Positions 49,850 through 62,960 of a stretch of 64,000 bases of DNA are shown in pieces. The stretch covers positions 12,123,413 through 12,187,412 of the forward strand of contig MU053934.1 in the NCBI GenBank assembly GCA_013239625.1, given 5' to 3'. A program made the translations under genes and the position numbers. Each line of letters opens with the position of its first letter. The stretch's first letter is position 1. This DNA is from Lama guanicoe. Its lineage: Eukaryota. The notes under the pieces were generated by a model. That model ran no database searches and was not told the DNA's origin. It saw only the letters and a program-made list of their open reading frames with translations.

Positions 49850-52800
49850 CACTTGGGTTTCTGGTCCAGCATGTAAGGAGCATGGAAGTTGCCTCTCCAT
49901 CCTAAGAACAAGTAAAAAGCTGAACAGACTGGAAGATCACCAGCTGCTCTTAGATGCATCCAAGAACTGAGGTCACAGGGCGAATCGCTGGCCCAGACTG
50001 GGAGACGGACAAGCAGGTACAGAGTCATAGTGCAACTGAGCAGAGCCTCTGTGGGAAAGAGCTCCAGGGACGGGACACCCATCAGCCTTGCAAGAAATGT
50101 TGAAAAACAGAAAATCTTCAGAGAGAAGGAAAAAGGCAAGGTCAGAAACTCAGATCTACATAAAGAAAGGAAGAGTATTAGACAAGGAATAAATAAGGGT
50201 AAAATAAAACTTGTATTCTTTTAATTCTTAATTGATCTGACAGAACATAGTAATTTGATAATTATTTTAAAAAATAATAGCAATAATGTATTCAGATTAT
50301 AGCTTATGGGTAAGTGAAATAAATGACAGCAAAGATACAAGGCACGGGAGGGAGGAATTAGGAACATTTTGCTATAAAATATTCACATTAAAGTGGACAG
50401 TGTTACTTGAAAATGAAGTTGGAGTCATTGTAAATTTATATTGCAAACTATAAGGCAACCACTAAATATATATTCATATGTATATAAATACATCTGAGAT
50501 TTTATACATATATATACACATCTGCTATGCTAAGAAAAGAAAGAAAATTAAACCATATAAAATGTCCAACTAAAGCCACAAAAGGCAGAAAAAGAGTAGA
50601 AGAAAAAATAGAAGCAAGGAGCAAGAGTAATGAATAGAAAAGAGTAACAAATATGGTAGTTGTTACTCTGACCATATCAATAATCACTTTTAATGTTCAC
50701 GATGTAAATGTACCAATTAAAAAGAGACTTTTAGAGTGGATCAAACAATAAGACCTAACTGTATGCTTTGAACAAGAATTCCACTTTAAATACGAAGATA
50801 CATACAGACTGAAAGTACAGGGACGGAGACACATGAGCCACACCAACACCGATAAAGGAAAGCGGGAGCAGATACATGAATTTCAGATGGAACAGACTTC
50901 GGGGCAAAGAAAACCACCAGGGAGGAAAAGAACGTTACACAGCGAGGAGGGGCCAGCACTCCAAGAAGACACAACAATCTTCAACAGCTATGTGCCTAGC
51001 AACAGGCAGCAGGAAAAATCCCAAATGACTTGGAGGCTGAGCAGCATACTTCTGAACAACACGTAAGTCAAAGAAAAACAATCTCAAGGAAAAACTTTAA
51101 ATATTTTGAACTAAATGAAAATTAAAATACAATTTATCAAAATCTGTGGGATGCAATGAAAGCAGTGCTTAGAGGGGAATTTACAGCATTGAATGCATAT
51201 ATTAGAAAAGGAGAAAGATCTGAAACCAGTTATTTAAGCTCTCATCTTACGAAACCAGAAAAAGAAAAACAAACACAAAAGAAGCAGAAGAAAATAAATA
51301 GTAAAAATGAGAGTAGAAATCAATGAAATTGAAAACAGGAAATTAATGGAGAAAATAAGTGAAACTAAAAGCTGCTTCTTTGAAAAGATCAATAAAATTG
51401 GTATCTTTAGCCAGGCTAACTAAAAACAAAAGATACAGATGACATAAATTACTGATATCATTAAAGAAAGAGGAGACATCACTACAGATCCCATGAACAT
51501 TAAAAGGATAATAAAGGGTTATTATGAACAACTTTCTGCCCACAAATTTTATAATGTAGTGAAATGAATTGATTCTTTGAAAGACACAATCTGCCAGTGC
51601 TCACACAAGAAGAAACAGACAATCTGAATGGGCTTATTTCCATTAAAGGAATAGAAGCAATAATTCATAACCTTCCAAAACAGAAAGTGCCAGGCCCCAG
51701 TGGGGTCACAGATGATTTCTACCAAGCATTTAAGGAAGAAACTGCACCAAATTATCTACAATCTTTTTCAGAAGCTGAGGGAAGACTTTGCAACTCATTC
51801 TATGCCGCCAGCATTACCCTATTACCAAAACCAGACAGTGACATTGCAAGAAAAGAAAACTGCTGACCAAAATCTCTGTGAACACACTGGCAGAAATCCT
51901 CAACAAAGCATTTGCAAATCAAATCTAACAGTGTATAAAAAGAATTATACGTTATGACCAAGTGGCATTTATCCCAGTTATGCAAAACTGGTTCAACATC
52001 TGAGAATCACTTAATGTGATCCATCACATGGACGAGCTAAAGCAGCAGTATTACACGATCTTATGCACACTGCGACGGGGCATCTGACGACACCCAACAC
52101 CAATCGTGATAAAGTGTCGACAAAGTAGGAACAGAGAGGAACTGCCTCAAACTGATGAAGAGTAGCTACCAAAACCTGCAGCTGACGTTACACTTCATGG
52201 TGAGAAACGAGGAGCTTTCCCACTGAAGTTGACAGCAAAGCGAGGATGCCACTCACCACTCACACTGGACACCCTAGCTGATGCAGTAAGGGAAATGGTA
52301 CAGATTGGGAAGGAAGAAATAACACTGCTTTTATTCAGAGATGACATGACTGTCTATGTAGAAAATCTGAAAGAACTGACAAAGACCTTCTGGAATTAGT
52401 AAGTGGTTATAGTTAATCACTTTCCTATATACTAGCAATGAATAATTGGAATTTGAAGTTGAAAACACAGTACCATTACACCAGCACTACAAATAGAAAA
52501 TAAATACATAAATAAATAACTCTAACTATGTATGTTCAAGACCTATATGAGGAAAACTACAAAACTGATGAATTAAATCAAATAAGAACTAAATTAACAG
52601 AGAGGTATTCCATGTTCATGAATAGGAAAGACTCATTGTCAAGATGTCATTTCTTCCCAAATTGATCTGTAGGTTCAAGGCAATCCTATTAAAGCCCCAG
52701 TAAGTTATTTTTAGATGCTGACAAACTGATTCTAAACTTTACATGGAGAAGCAAAAGTCCCAGGACACCCGACACAATGCTGGAGAAAAACAAAGCTGGA

Positions 52801-54312
52801 GGATTGACACCATCCGACTTCAAGCCTTACTGTACATCTACAGTAATCTAGACAGTGTGGTGTTGATGAAAACCAGACAAACAGATCGATGACACAGAAC
52901 AGACAGCCCAGAAACAGGCCCACACAAATACAGGAGCTGATCTTTGACAAAGTCACAAAAGCAGCTAAATGGGACAAAGACAGTCTTCTTGAACAAGTGG
53001 TCCTGGAACAACTGGACATCTGCATGCGAAAAAAAATCAGTCTAGACACAAACCTTACATGCTTCACAGAAATTAACTCACAATGGATAGTTTGAGTTAA
53101 GCTGGAACACAAAACTATTAAAACTCCTAGAAGATAACAGGAGAATACCAAGGTAAGCTCAGGTATGACAGTGACTTTTTAGGTACAACACCAAAGGCAT
53201 CAACCATGAAAGAAATAATTGGTAGCTGGACTTCACTGAAATTAAAAATTGCTCTGTGAAAACCATCATCAAGAGATTTAGAAGACAAGCCACAGACTTG
53301 GGGAAGATATTCATAAAAGACCCCTCTGATAAAGGATTGATATCTAAAATATGCAAAGAATCCTTAAACTCAACAATAAGATAACAAACAACCCAACTTT
53401 TAAAAATGGACAGGGAAGCTGAACAGACATCTCATCAAAGAAGATATGAAGACGGCAAATAAATATAATGAAAGATGTTCAACTTCAGGAAAATGCAAAT
53501 TAAAACATCCGCGAGACACCGCTGCGCGCCTGTCAGAGGGCCAAGGCCCAGAACACTGACATCACCAGATGCTGGCAAGGGCGTGGAGCAACAGGAACTC
53601 TCACCACTGCTGCAAAGTGGTGCAGCCGCTTTGGATGACAGTTACAGTTTCTTACCAGACTAAACATACTCTTGCCATATTGCCCAGTCGTGCTCCTTGG
53701 CATTTACCAAATGAGTTGAAAACTTATGACTACACAAAAACCTATATACGGATGTTCACAGCAGCTTTATTTACAGCTGCCAACACTTAGAAGCAACCAA
53801 GGAGCCCTCCAGGAGATTAAAGGATAGGGAAACTGGTCCATCTAGACAATGGAATGCTACTGAGCTGAAAAGAAATGAGCTATCAAGTCATGAAAAGACA
53901 TGGGGAAACCTTAGATGTGTAAGTGTAAGAGGCCTGTCTGGAAAACCCATGTGTCGTGTGATTCCAACTCTGTGACATTCCGGAAAAGACAATAAAAAGA
54001 TCAGGGGTTAGGGCACACAGCGGCCTTGGGGGCAGTGAACCTGCTCTGTGCGACACAGTAACGGTGGATACAAGTCGTTACACGTGTGTCCAACCCGAGG
54101 CTGAACCCTGATGTAAACCACGGACTCCGGGTGAAGACGATATGTCAGTGTAGGTTCATCCACTGTAACAGATGTCCCATCTGGTGGGGGGTGTTGATAG
54201 CGGTGGGGGCTGGAGGGGGCTGTGGGCATGCATGGGAAATCCCTGTACCTTCTGCTTCATTTTGCTGTGAACCTAAGACTGCTCTAAAAAGCAAATAACA
54301 ACTACAACAAAA
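49850..54312 (+). mobile_element. Internally deleted old L1 (5' end, ORF2, 3' UTR), antisense to TTLL8
   Basis: Translated remnants LTQEETDNLNG...FYQAFKEE and LIFDKVTKAAKWDKDSLLEQVVLEQLDI. 3' end tttgctgtgaacctaagactgctctaaaaa. Confidence 0.9.
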
Positions 54313-54518
54313 CACTTATTGGGGTTTCATAGGCCTAAAGCCACTGTGCCCAGGTCTCCCTACACCACATGAGAGTGCCACCCACTGTCCTCCGCCGTGG
54401 CATTCTGCTGGAAGAGACTCGGGGTCGGGGCAGAGCTGCAGTCCCATCCTGGGTGCACACCCTGCCCCCCGCCGCCCCACTGTCCTCCCAGCATGTCCGG
54501 CCTCGGCCCCACACACAC

Positions 54519-54644
54519 CTTTCTTGCTGCTGGGGTCACTGTCGCCGGCCTCCTCTTCCTTGCTCTTGCGCTTGCTCTTGTTGCCGTTCTGCTGGCTGAC
54601 CACCCACCTGAGGATGCTGGAGGCCACTGTGCGCCGGAAGTCGT
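54519..54644 (-). CDS. TTLL8: TTLL8 coding exon (D)DFRRTVASSILRWVVSQQNGNKSKRKSKEEEAGDSDPSSKK
   Basis: Acceptor gtccttccag|AC, donor AAAG|gtgtgt. 126 nt, phase 1 to 1. Confidence 0.93.
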
Positions 54645-56191
54645 CTGGAAGGACACCGAGGCCTCACCCCCTCTGCCTGCGCTGGGGATGGCGGCCTCAG
54701 CCAGCGCCAGCCACTCTCAGCCCAGGCGCTGGGCAGCGTGCGGGGCCTCACTTCCTGCATCACAGCCCTCAGAGGACTGGCCCACTCTGCCCACAGTCTC
54801 CGTCTCCATCCTCGTCCCCACCCCTCGCGACGGGAGTCTCATACACCTTGGGACCTCCACCCCAGCGATGCACCCAGCCTGACTGCAGGCCCAGAGGCAG
54901 AACCTAGGCCCTCCCTTTCCTGGACCTGTCCTGTGCCCCCAGGGCCATGGTTCGTGGGCAGCCTCGCTGCCTCTCCCTGCCCCTGTGTCCTCAGTCCTGC
55001 ACAGAAGGATCTTTCTAAGAGCCTGCCTGCTGACAGCACAGGACCCTCCCCATCACAGGAGCGTCCCTGGGCCTCCCTGGACGTGCTGGCTTCCACAGCT
55101 CTAAGTGTAGATGCCTGGGGATCCTGAGGCACCCACCTGGTGCAGAAGGCAGCTTGGGGTCCCCCAGATCCGGGGCCTGGGGCCCAGGCTGGCTCTGAGC
55201 ACCTGGCACACACCAGGGCCACAGCAAGGGAGCCTTGCCCTCGTGAGTGGGCCCAGGCCACAAGGCTGCTCCCGACCACAGCCCAGACCCTAATCCAAGC
55301 CATCTGGGAGGTCTGTGAGATATTCCAGCACCTTCTCTCTCAAACCTGCTCCTTCCTCATCTCACTGAAGGCCACCCCACCTGGCATCTACTGGCCCAGC
55401 AGTTACCCCCACCCTGGAAACATCCAGAACCTCAGTCCCCTCGCAGCCTCCCCCGCGGTCCCAGGGCCTTCACCGGAGCCTCGTCTCTCCATCAGAATGC
55501 CCCCTCCCCAGACAACAGCACCTCTGCCCCAGGATGCACAGGCACACCCCCTGCTCCAGCGGCCAGAGCTCCCTTCCCTCCAAGTCTCTGCTCAAGCTCC
55601 CCCTCTGAGGCCCCCAGTGCACTCTCACTTCAGCCCAGGACCCTGCCTTGTCCTGCCTGCCTCCTGGGAGCCCAGGTGGATTCAGGGCACAGGGCAGGGG
55701 TTCTGGGCTGCATTTTCCCGGTCCCCTAGATGGGGCACTCGGGAAACATGGGCCCCTGTGAACAACCCCACCCCTCCTGCCGAGGCCTCCCCTCCTCTCT
55801 CCTGTGACTTCCTGGCAGGTGGAACCAGGAACCCTTCTTTGTCCCCAGTCCAGAGCCTGTCATCCACAGTGCGCCTCAGGTGCCCAGACTCGGGTCCCAG
55901 CACCTCCCCACGCCCACCTCTCACACAGTCCCCTCAGAACCAGGCTCCCGGCATTGGGCTCCCCAGCCTCCATCTGCCTCCCAGCCTCCCCTCCTGCCTT
56001 GCAGACGCTGCTCATGGACATTTCTAGACCGGCTCTCACCACGCGGAAAAGAGGTAAGGCCTCGGGTCTCTGCGTGGGACCAGGCCCTCCGCCATCACCC
56101 TAGCCTGCCCCCAGCCCCTAGCCCTGCGGCCTCCCGGGCAGGAGGATGGGAGAGGTCCTGCTGGGTTTCCGCCCATCCTCCAGCCACTTAC

Positions 56192-56306
56192 CCAGGAATT
56201 CCTGCTTGTCGCTCTCGGTGCAGAGGCCATAGCAGCGGGGGAAGAAGGAGTCGGGGTCGGCCTGGACATACCACGGCAGGGTCCGCATGTTCACGCACAG
56301 CCCGAT
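56192..56306 (-). CDS. TTLL8: TTLL8 coding exon IGLCVNMRTLPWYVQADPDSFFPRCYGLCTESDKQEFL
   Basis: TTL-family FFPRCY motif. Acceptor tctctggag|ATC, donor CTGG|gtaagt. 115 nt. Confidence 0.95.
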
Positions 56307-57521
56307 CTCCAGAGACAGCGGCCCGTTAGGCCCGCAGGCCATGGTGACTAGTCTGAGAGCCCGCGGGCCTGGCTGGGTGGCACCAGCTCCAGGAGGGGAC
56401 CCTCCCCAGCCTCCCTGACCTCTGGCCAGTCAGTCCGGGCAGCAGAGTGACCCCATGTGCAGGCCGGGGCCTTGGGTTCATCCTCTGGTCAGTGGCGGGC
56501 GAGACAGGCCCAAGGGAGGGCAGGGGTGTCCGAAGGCACCCGGGATGGAGGGCAGCGTTCCCCTCCCAGGGTCCTGCATGGCCGGGCTCGGGCCCAGGAG
56601 AGGAGGGAGAACCAGGTCGCAGGGCTACAGTGCAGCCGCACACCCCCTCTGCCCTCTGGGCACAACGCCTGGTTGTTAGAGGCCCAGGACCAGCTGGCCC
56701 CATTTGGAGAAAAGTGCCACGTGCCGGGGAAACACAATGCCTGCTGGCTGCTGGGCACACGGGCGAGTGCCCTGCATGGGGTCTCGGCAGTATCGCCCAC
56801 ACCTGGAAGGACACCGGCGGCCTGAGGCCTGGCCAGGATGTGCGGGAGCCCTGGGGGCGGCCATGAGCCTCATCCCTGACCCCCCATGTCATCCTTGACT
56901 GTTAAGGGGGTGGCCCCCTTGTTGCCAGGGAAGCCCCTCTACCCAATCTCTCCCAAGAGGGTACACGCAGGCCAGTCCATCCTGGGCTGGCCCTGTCCCT
57001 GAACCTCAGCCTTCAGGGTAAAGAAGGGATGGCTGCTTGGAGGAGGGGCTGTGGGGCTGAAAGGAGATGAAGGGGAAGTGCCTGGTGTAGTAGAGACTGT
57101 GCCAAGGCCCCCCGGCGGCTGGAAGTCATGGTGCAGGTCAGGTGGCCCCGTCCCCCTGAGATCCAGAGGCCCTCCAGGGCCCAGAGCCCAGGCCGGGCTG
57201 TGGTGGCAGCCCTCACCTGCCCCGTCTTAGGCTTGGCCTGGAGCCCAGAAGAGAGGGCTTCTGTGGCCACGGGGCCACCCAGACGCAGAGCGAGGGGCAC
57301 CAGGGCTTTGGGGGGCAGGTTGTGGGGAGCAGGTGCTGAGTGACTCTGGGCACTGATGCCAGGTGGCAGCCCCTGGCCAGGCCAGCAGAGGCTCGCGTCC
57401 GGGAGAGGAGCCTGGAGGTGAGCAGGCCACGCGTGGCTCTCCCAGCTCTGGGGTGCTAGTGCTTCAGCAGGGAGGGCGCTCCCCGCCGCCGGCCCCACGC
57501 CTGCCCGAGCCCTCCCCTCAC

Positions 57522-57650
57522 CTTGGTGGTGAAGGCCGCCGTCTTCCCGTAGTGGTTCAGCATCTGGTCACAGCTCAGGCTGTGATAGTCAACGATGCCC
57601 CTTTTGAGTGTCCAGAGGAAGTATGGCATTTCATTTTTTACCAACCTGGA
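57522..57650 (-). CDS. TTLL8: TTLL8 coding exon SRLVKNEMPYFLWTLKRGIVDYHSLSCDQMLNHYGKTAAFTTK
   Basis: Acceptor ttcttgccag|TCC, donor AAG|gtgagg. 129 nt. Contains the TTL-family QMLNHY...FTTK motif. Confidence 0.95.
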
Positions 57651-59403
57651 CTGGCAAGAAAACCCTTCATCAATATCCAGCATCCGAGGTTCGCATCCTC
57701 TGATGGCGGGAAACACCCAGAGGAAAAGCCAGGGTTAAGGGAGGAGCAGGTGGTTCCTGAGTCCCCACCCGCCTGAACGCAGCCTCACTCACTCCCCGCA
57801 TGCTTCTCGGCGCGCCCGCGGCTCGTGTGGGAGTAGCAGCGACCGCACAGGGCTTCCCTCTAGGGAAGCCAGTGCAGCAGGGAGGGGCTTCAGGCTCTGG
57901 GCTGCTTGCCCCGTGGGTGCCCGTGCCGGGCTCAGGGACAACCCATGTGTGCACGGGGAGCAGCTGTGACGCTCTGTGACCTGGGACAACGCCCCTCTCT
58001 GGCCTCTGGGGCACGGGCTCCTCCCCTCCCCTGCACCTGCTGAAGCCAGCCTGGGGTGTCCTTGGTGTCTGCGCTTTTGTGTTTTCACACGTTTGGTCAA
58101 AAATTCTGACCATACAAAGAGATACTAGAAAAGGAAAAGATCCAAAATCCTGCCCCCAGAGATGAGCCAGATACCTGGGCGAAGACCCTTAAGGGTCCCT
58201 CTCCACAGACCAGCAGAGGGAAGACCACCTCACTGTCTGTGACATGGATGTCAGCCCCCACCCGGTGCTCCAGCAGGACCGGCTCCTCCCACCCGACACC
58301 AGTCCTGCTGCCCAGAGGGCCCGGGGTGGGGGCTGCTGTCCCGGGGGGCGATATGCCAACGTCGCTTCCAAAACTCACCTTCACGGGCTCCCTGAACGTG
58401 GGGCTCAAGCCCTTTGCTCTTTCTCCTGCCCTAAGGGGGCGGCTGTACCTTTGTGGCCACTTTCCCACGTGAGCCTTGTTTGTCACAGTGTGTGGTGAAG
58501 TGTGTGGCGAAGTGGCTCAGATACACAGATGAAAGAGCTGCAGGGGGGCCGCCCACACCCGGGACACAGCAGCCGCTGGTTCGGAGCTGAGGCTCCTGAC
58601 CAGGCCAGGACCTGCGCTCCAGGCTCCCCGCAGCCCTCCCCCGCCGCCTGCCCAGCGCCCCAGGAGCATCCACGTGGGAACCTGCCATCACATGCCCGTT
58701 GCCTGGCTGGTCTTTCCCGGTTTCCTGTCTGACTGTCATTCTGTTACCACACTGTCCATTGGTCCACACTGTGACTATCAGACCTTTCAGATCCCATGTG
58801 CTGCAGATGCCTCCCTGCTGTCTGTGGTGTCCTTGCTTCAGCGGTCACACGCACTGCGTTCTCCCCACAGTGAGCACTGTCTGGTCTTGTTCTAAATTCC
58901 TTCCCTCCCGTGAGCCGCAAACTGACCCTCCCTGGCCTTCCAGCGTCCCCTCCGTGGACGCCGCCCTGTCCAGCACCGGCCCTGGGAAGTCCGTCTTTGA
59001 TGGCTGATCGGCCTCCTGGCCGACATCACGGCCATGTGGGCTGAGCCCTGAGGCTCCATCCGCCCCCGCAGGCGCATGTCCACGGCCCTGTGTCCACAGT
59101 CATCACCTCTCACGATCTCAGAGTCCTGCTCCTCAGGAGCCTTGGGGCCATTCTGATCCTTTCCTACAGGATTTTCGCCGACTTACAGACACAGCTTGTC
59201 AACTCACACACGTATGGACACACAGGGACACACGACACACACTTGTGCACATGCACACACGTCCTGTGGTGTCCCTGGCTCTGCGAGGCCGCTCGAGAGA
59301 CTGAGGTGTGACTGTAGTTTTGCACCCCGGCCCGGACACAGTGGGGCAGACGGCGGGCAGACGGCAGGCAGCGGCAAGGCCCTCGGGAGCTCACAGGACC
59401 TAC

Positions 59404-59477
59404 CATCACGTCATGGATGTCATCTGTGTTCTCCAAAGCCTCTTCCTGATTTTCTTTGCCTTCAGAACATCTGTTTT
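59404..59477 (-). CDS. TTLL8: TTLL8 coding exon (E)NRCSEGKENQEEALENTDDIHDVM
   Basis: Acceptor tatttgcag|AA, donor ATG|gtaggt. 74 nt, phase 1 to 0, in frame with both neighbours. Confidence 0.9.
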
Positions 59478-60175
59478 CTGCAAATACAACACACAGGAGA
59501 TGTCAGTGTGTCGTGGCCTGAAGGTCTGACCACAGCCGAGCCCCCTACAGAGCCCCCTGCAGCCAGGCAGCACTTGTGGACCTCTCCACGACCTTGTCCG
59601 CAGGTGAGGCCACTCCTCTGCTGAGTAGGTGCCCCTGTGGGTCCTGAAGGGAGCAGAGCTGAGTCAGGCTCGGGCCATAGTACCATCCAAGTGTCCACCG
59701 CATGGCACCCCCACCAGGAGCCGTGCCGGGATCGAGGACCCAGACATCAGCGGGGGACTGAGCTGGGCCTGGGTTGTTTGGGAGGGGGCCCAGTGTACAC
59801 CCTGGAGCCAAGAGAGTGCAGGCTCTGTGCGGAGCAGGAGGGGTGGGGGTCAGGGAGGGCCAGGTGACCAGGCACTGTGAGAGGCTAAGCAGTGACCAGG
59901 GTGGGGCTGGGGCCGGAGGGGGGCAGTCAAGGCCAGAGACTAAAGGACGAAGGAAGCCTTCCAGACACAGGCGGAGGCCCAGGCGTGGACAGCGGGGACA
60001 CAGAGAAGTGACCAGTGCCAGGGTTTAAGGGGCTTGCCCAGGGTGGACGCCCGGGGTAGGGGAGGCCCAGAGGCGACCTCTGCCCGAGGGTGAGGCCCAC
60101 GTCTGGGAACCATGGGCTTCTCGGTCTCACCCCACTCTGGTCTGAGGACAGATACACAGATGTCCAAGGCGCTAC

Positions 60176-60314
60176 CTGCCACCCCTTCCCCGTCGCCTTC
60201 GACCTTCGCCACGGGCTTGGGCAGAAAGTGGAACTTCTTCTCCACCCAGCCCTTCCTCCGCAGGGTGGCCCGGATCACCGGGTAGTGTCCGTAGATGGAG
60301 AAAATCTTCTTCTC
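60176..60314 (-). CDS. TTLL8: TTLL8 coding exon [46 protein letters not shown]
   Basis: TTLL3/TTLL8 motif [15 protein letters not shown]. Acceptor tttgag|GAG (tandem NAGs, so the exact start is +/-3 to 9 nt), donor GCAG|gtagcg. 139 nt. Confidence 0.93.
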
Positions 60315-60964
60315 CTCAAATTGCAAGAGTATATTTTAAATTAAAGAGCTGAAAACAAGTTCATCCCTTCTCTGTAGGAGGAGCCCCCAGCCAGGATGCG
60401 ACAGGTCACACCAGCGGAAGACACCGTGTCCTGCCCAGGGTGGAGACACGGGGCCGGCAGCCCCCGGCAGGCCGCCTCCCTCGCGGTTGTCTGCTGCCCC
60501 AGGCGGCCTCACACCCACACTCACACAGAGCCCAGGAGGCACAACACAGCCAGGCTTTCTTTTCTCTACAGAAGTGACTGTCCCTCATGCTTGGGGAGGA
60601 GGTGTCCAAGGTTTGAGGAGGGGGAGCCACTCAAATGCCCAGGAAGGCTGGAAGGGCAGTGCCCAGGGCCCAGGGCCCGAGCCAGGGGACACTGCAGACG
60701 CTGTCCATCCCCACGGGGATGAGCTCAGCTGCATGGGGACCAGGCAGGAAGACGGCAGCCGGCGGCCCCCTCCCTTCCTGGCTGAAGGGGCAGGAGAGTA
60801 ATGGTCATGCTGGGGACATAGCCAGGACAAGTTCACTGGGGTCACAGAGGGTGGTGGCTGCAGGGTGGGATCAAGGAACAGGTGCATGGTCAGCAGTGGG
60901 CTGAGGGCCTCATGAGTTTGTGAGAGCAGGAGAGGCAGTCAGGGCAGAAGCAGGGAGTGGCTCG

Positions 60965-61362
60965 AACTCACTGTGGTCCCTACATAGACAGAATTAATAA
61001 ACAAGACAAATTATCCTGGGTGGGCCTGACCTACACAGGTATGCCCCTTAAAAGAGGGCCCAGGCTTCTCTCAAGTTAGAGGCTGACAAGAGCAGACACT
61101 GTTTCTCTCCATTGGTGCCACAAACTCACAGCCACAAGGGAATGAATTCTGCCAACAGGCGGAGGGAGCTTGGAAGCAGATCCGACCCTGCTGAGCCTCC
61201 AGATGAGACCCCACCCACCTGACGCTTCATTTCAGCCTTGAGAGATGCCGCGCAGAGGGCCCAGCCTGAGTCCTGACCCACAGCAGCTGTGAGATAACAC
61301 TTGGGTGTGTTTGGACAGCTCAGCTCGTAACGACTTGTTACGCAGCATCAGCAGCTAACACA
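60965..61362 (+). mobile_element. MLT1D/E-like MaLR LTR
   Basis: gccacaagggaatgaattctgccaac...gagcttggaagcagat...gagcctccagatgag...ttgttacgcagca...ctaacaca. Confidence 0.75.
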
Positions 61363-61899
61363 GGTCCCAGTGGAGGACCAGGAGCACACACCAAGATGGG
61401 CTTGTGGCTTGAAGTGGTGGGTTCAGGTTCTAGTGAAAGACCTGTGAGCCTCCTTCTACCCAGAACATCAGTCCAAAGCCCGTCGTTCCCCCACGGGGCC
61501 ATGCACCCTGAGAGGGGCCGCTGTGAGGAGAGGTGGGGCGGGGGACCGTGACGGCTGGAAGGATGTCAGCCGTCTGCAGCTCCAGCAAGACCCCAAGCCA
61601 CTCTCAGCCCTCTGCCCCTTTGACTGGAGTCAAACTGAGCAGCTTTAGAAAACTTGAGTAATGAGCCAGCAGAGCGCAACACCTAAGGAGCTACCTAAAA
61701 AGGGACAGGGAAGGGCACAAGACCTCTGACAGAGAGGGAAAGAGGGCTTAGAAAAGGAACCGGCCCACCGGCAGGCGTGAAAGGAGAGGAAACTGGGCAG
61801 ACAGGACAAACTGGACGAACGAAATGGGATGGGGCTATTCCACAGTCTAATTATAGATAAACAGCCAAAGTGCTCCAGGGACAAGGCACAAAGCACCAG

Positions 61900-62960
61900 A
61901 ACACATCTTTTCTTATCTGAATCTGTGTTGCTTACAGGAGAAACTCAAAAGCACAAGCCTACAGACAGGCAGAAAACGAAAGGTTCTAAGTATGAGGCAG
62001 AATAGACTTGGGACAAATAAGCATCACTGAAGTAAAGAAAGTCACCCCGAAATTTAAAGAAAACGTTCAACCCGCCAGAAAGATACACTTGTGTGCACCC
62101 ACTAAGAGGGATATATTATATAAAGCAAAAATTGGCACAAACACGAAGTAGACAAATCCACAACCACAACAGGATATTTAACATGCTTCTCTCAGGAAGT
62201 TCTAGAACACAGAGACAAGAAATTCAATAAGGCTAGAAAACTTGAACAACTCAAATAACAAAGTCCACCCTGATGGCTGTGACTTCCGCACTCGACACCA
62301 ACTTCCACAGAAACTAACAGGATTCCAGGCACGAGGCGGGTCTGAACCCACTTGTTGATGGAATAACATTGCACCGATTCTCAACCACAAGGCAATCACA
62401 CTAAAAACCAATAACAAAATAACTAGAAAAAATCACCAGCATAGAAATTAAGACCTATTCTTTTAAGTAACCTACGATCAATAAAAAGTGACAACATGAA
62501 TCATAAAGTACTTTGAACTGAATCTCATCAAAAATACTGCAAAATGAAATTTTGTGAAATGCAGCTAAAGCAGCACTGAGAGGGATGTTTGCAGGTTGGA
62601 CAATGTTTGTATTTTTGAAGGTCTCCGGAGAAAACCTGAAAGTTGAGCTCTGTGTATGTGAAATCGCAGAAAGGACAGTGAGAGGAAGCCCGCAAAGCAC
62701 AGCCGTGGTTGCCAGGATCCCGGAACAAGCTGGGCAGGAGGCAGCTTCCGCGGGTGGACGTGCTCGGTCGCGGCTGCGGGGGGGGGGGTTGACGCGGGCT
62801 GACCGGCACCACCTGTGCGGTGCTTCTCTCTCCGGGCACCCAGCCCATCACAGCCGGGCTGTGCGCTGACGACCTGTGCACTTGCGTGTGTGCGCCGTGC
62901 TTCCAAAGAGAGCTGAGGGATGAGCGCGCGCCCGCGTGAGGCTGAGTGTGGGACTCGGGG
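61900..62960 (+). mobile_element. Old L1 ORF2 fragment, GC-enriched at its right end
   Basis: aatccacaaccacaacaggatatttaaca, gaaatgcagctaaagcagcactgagaggg. Confidence 0.7.
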
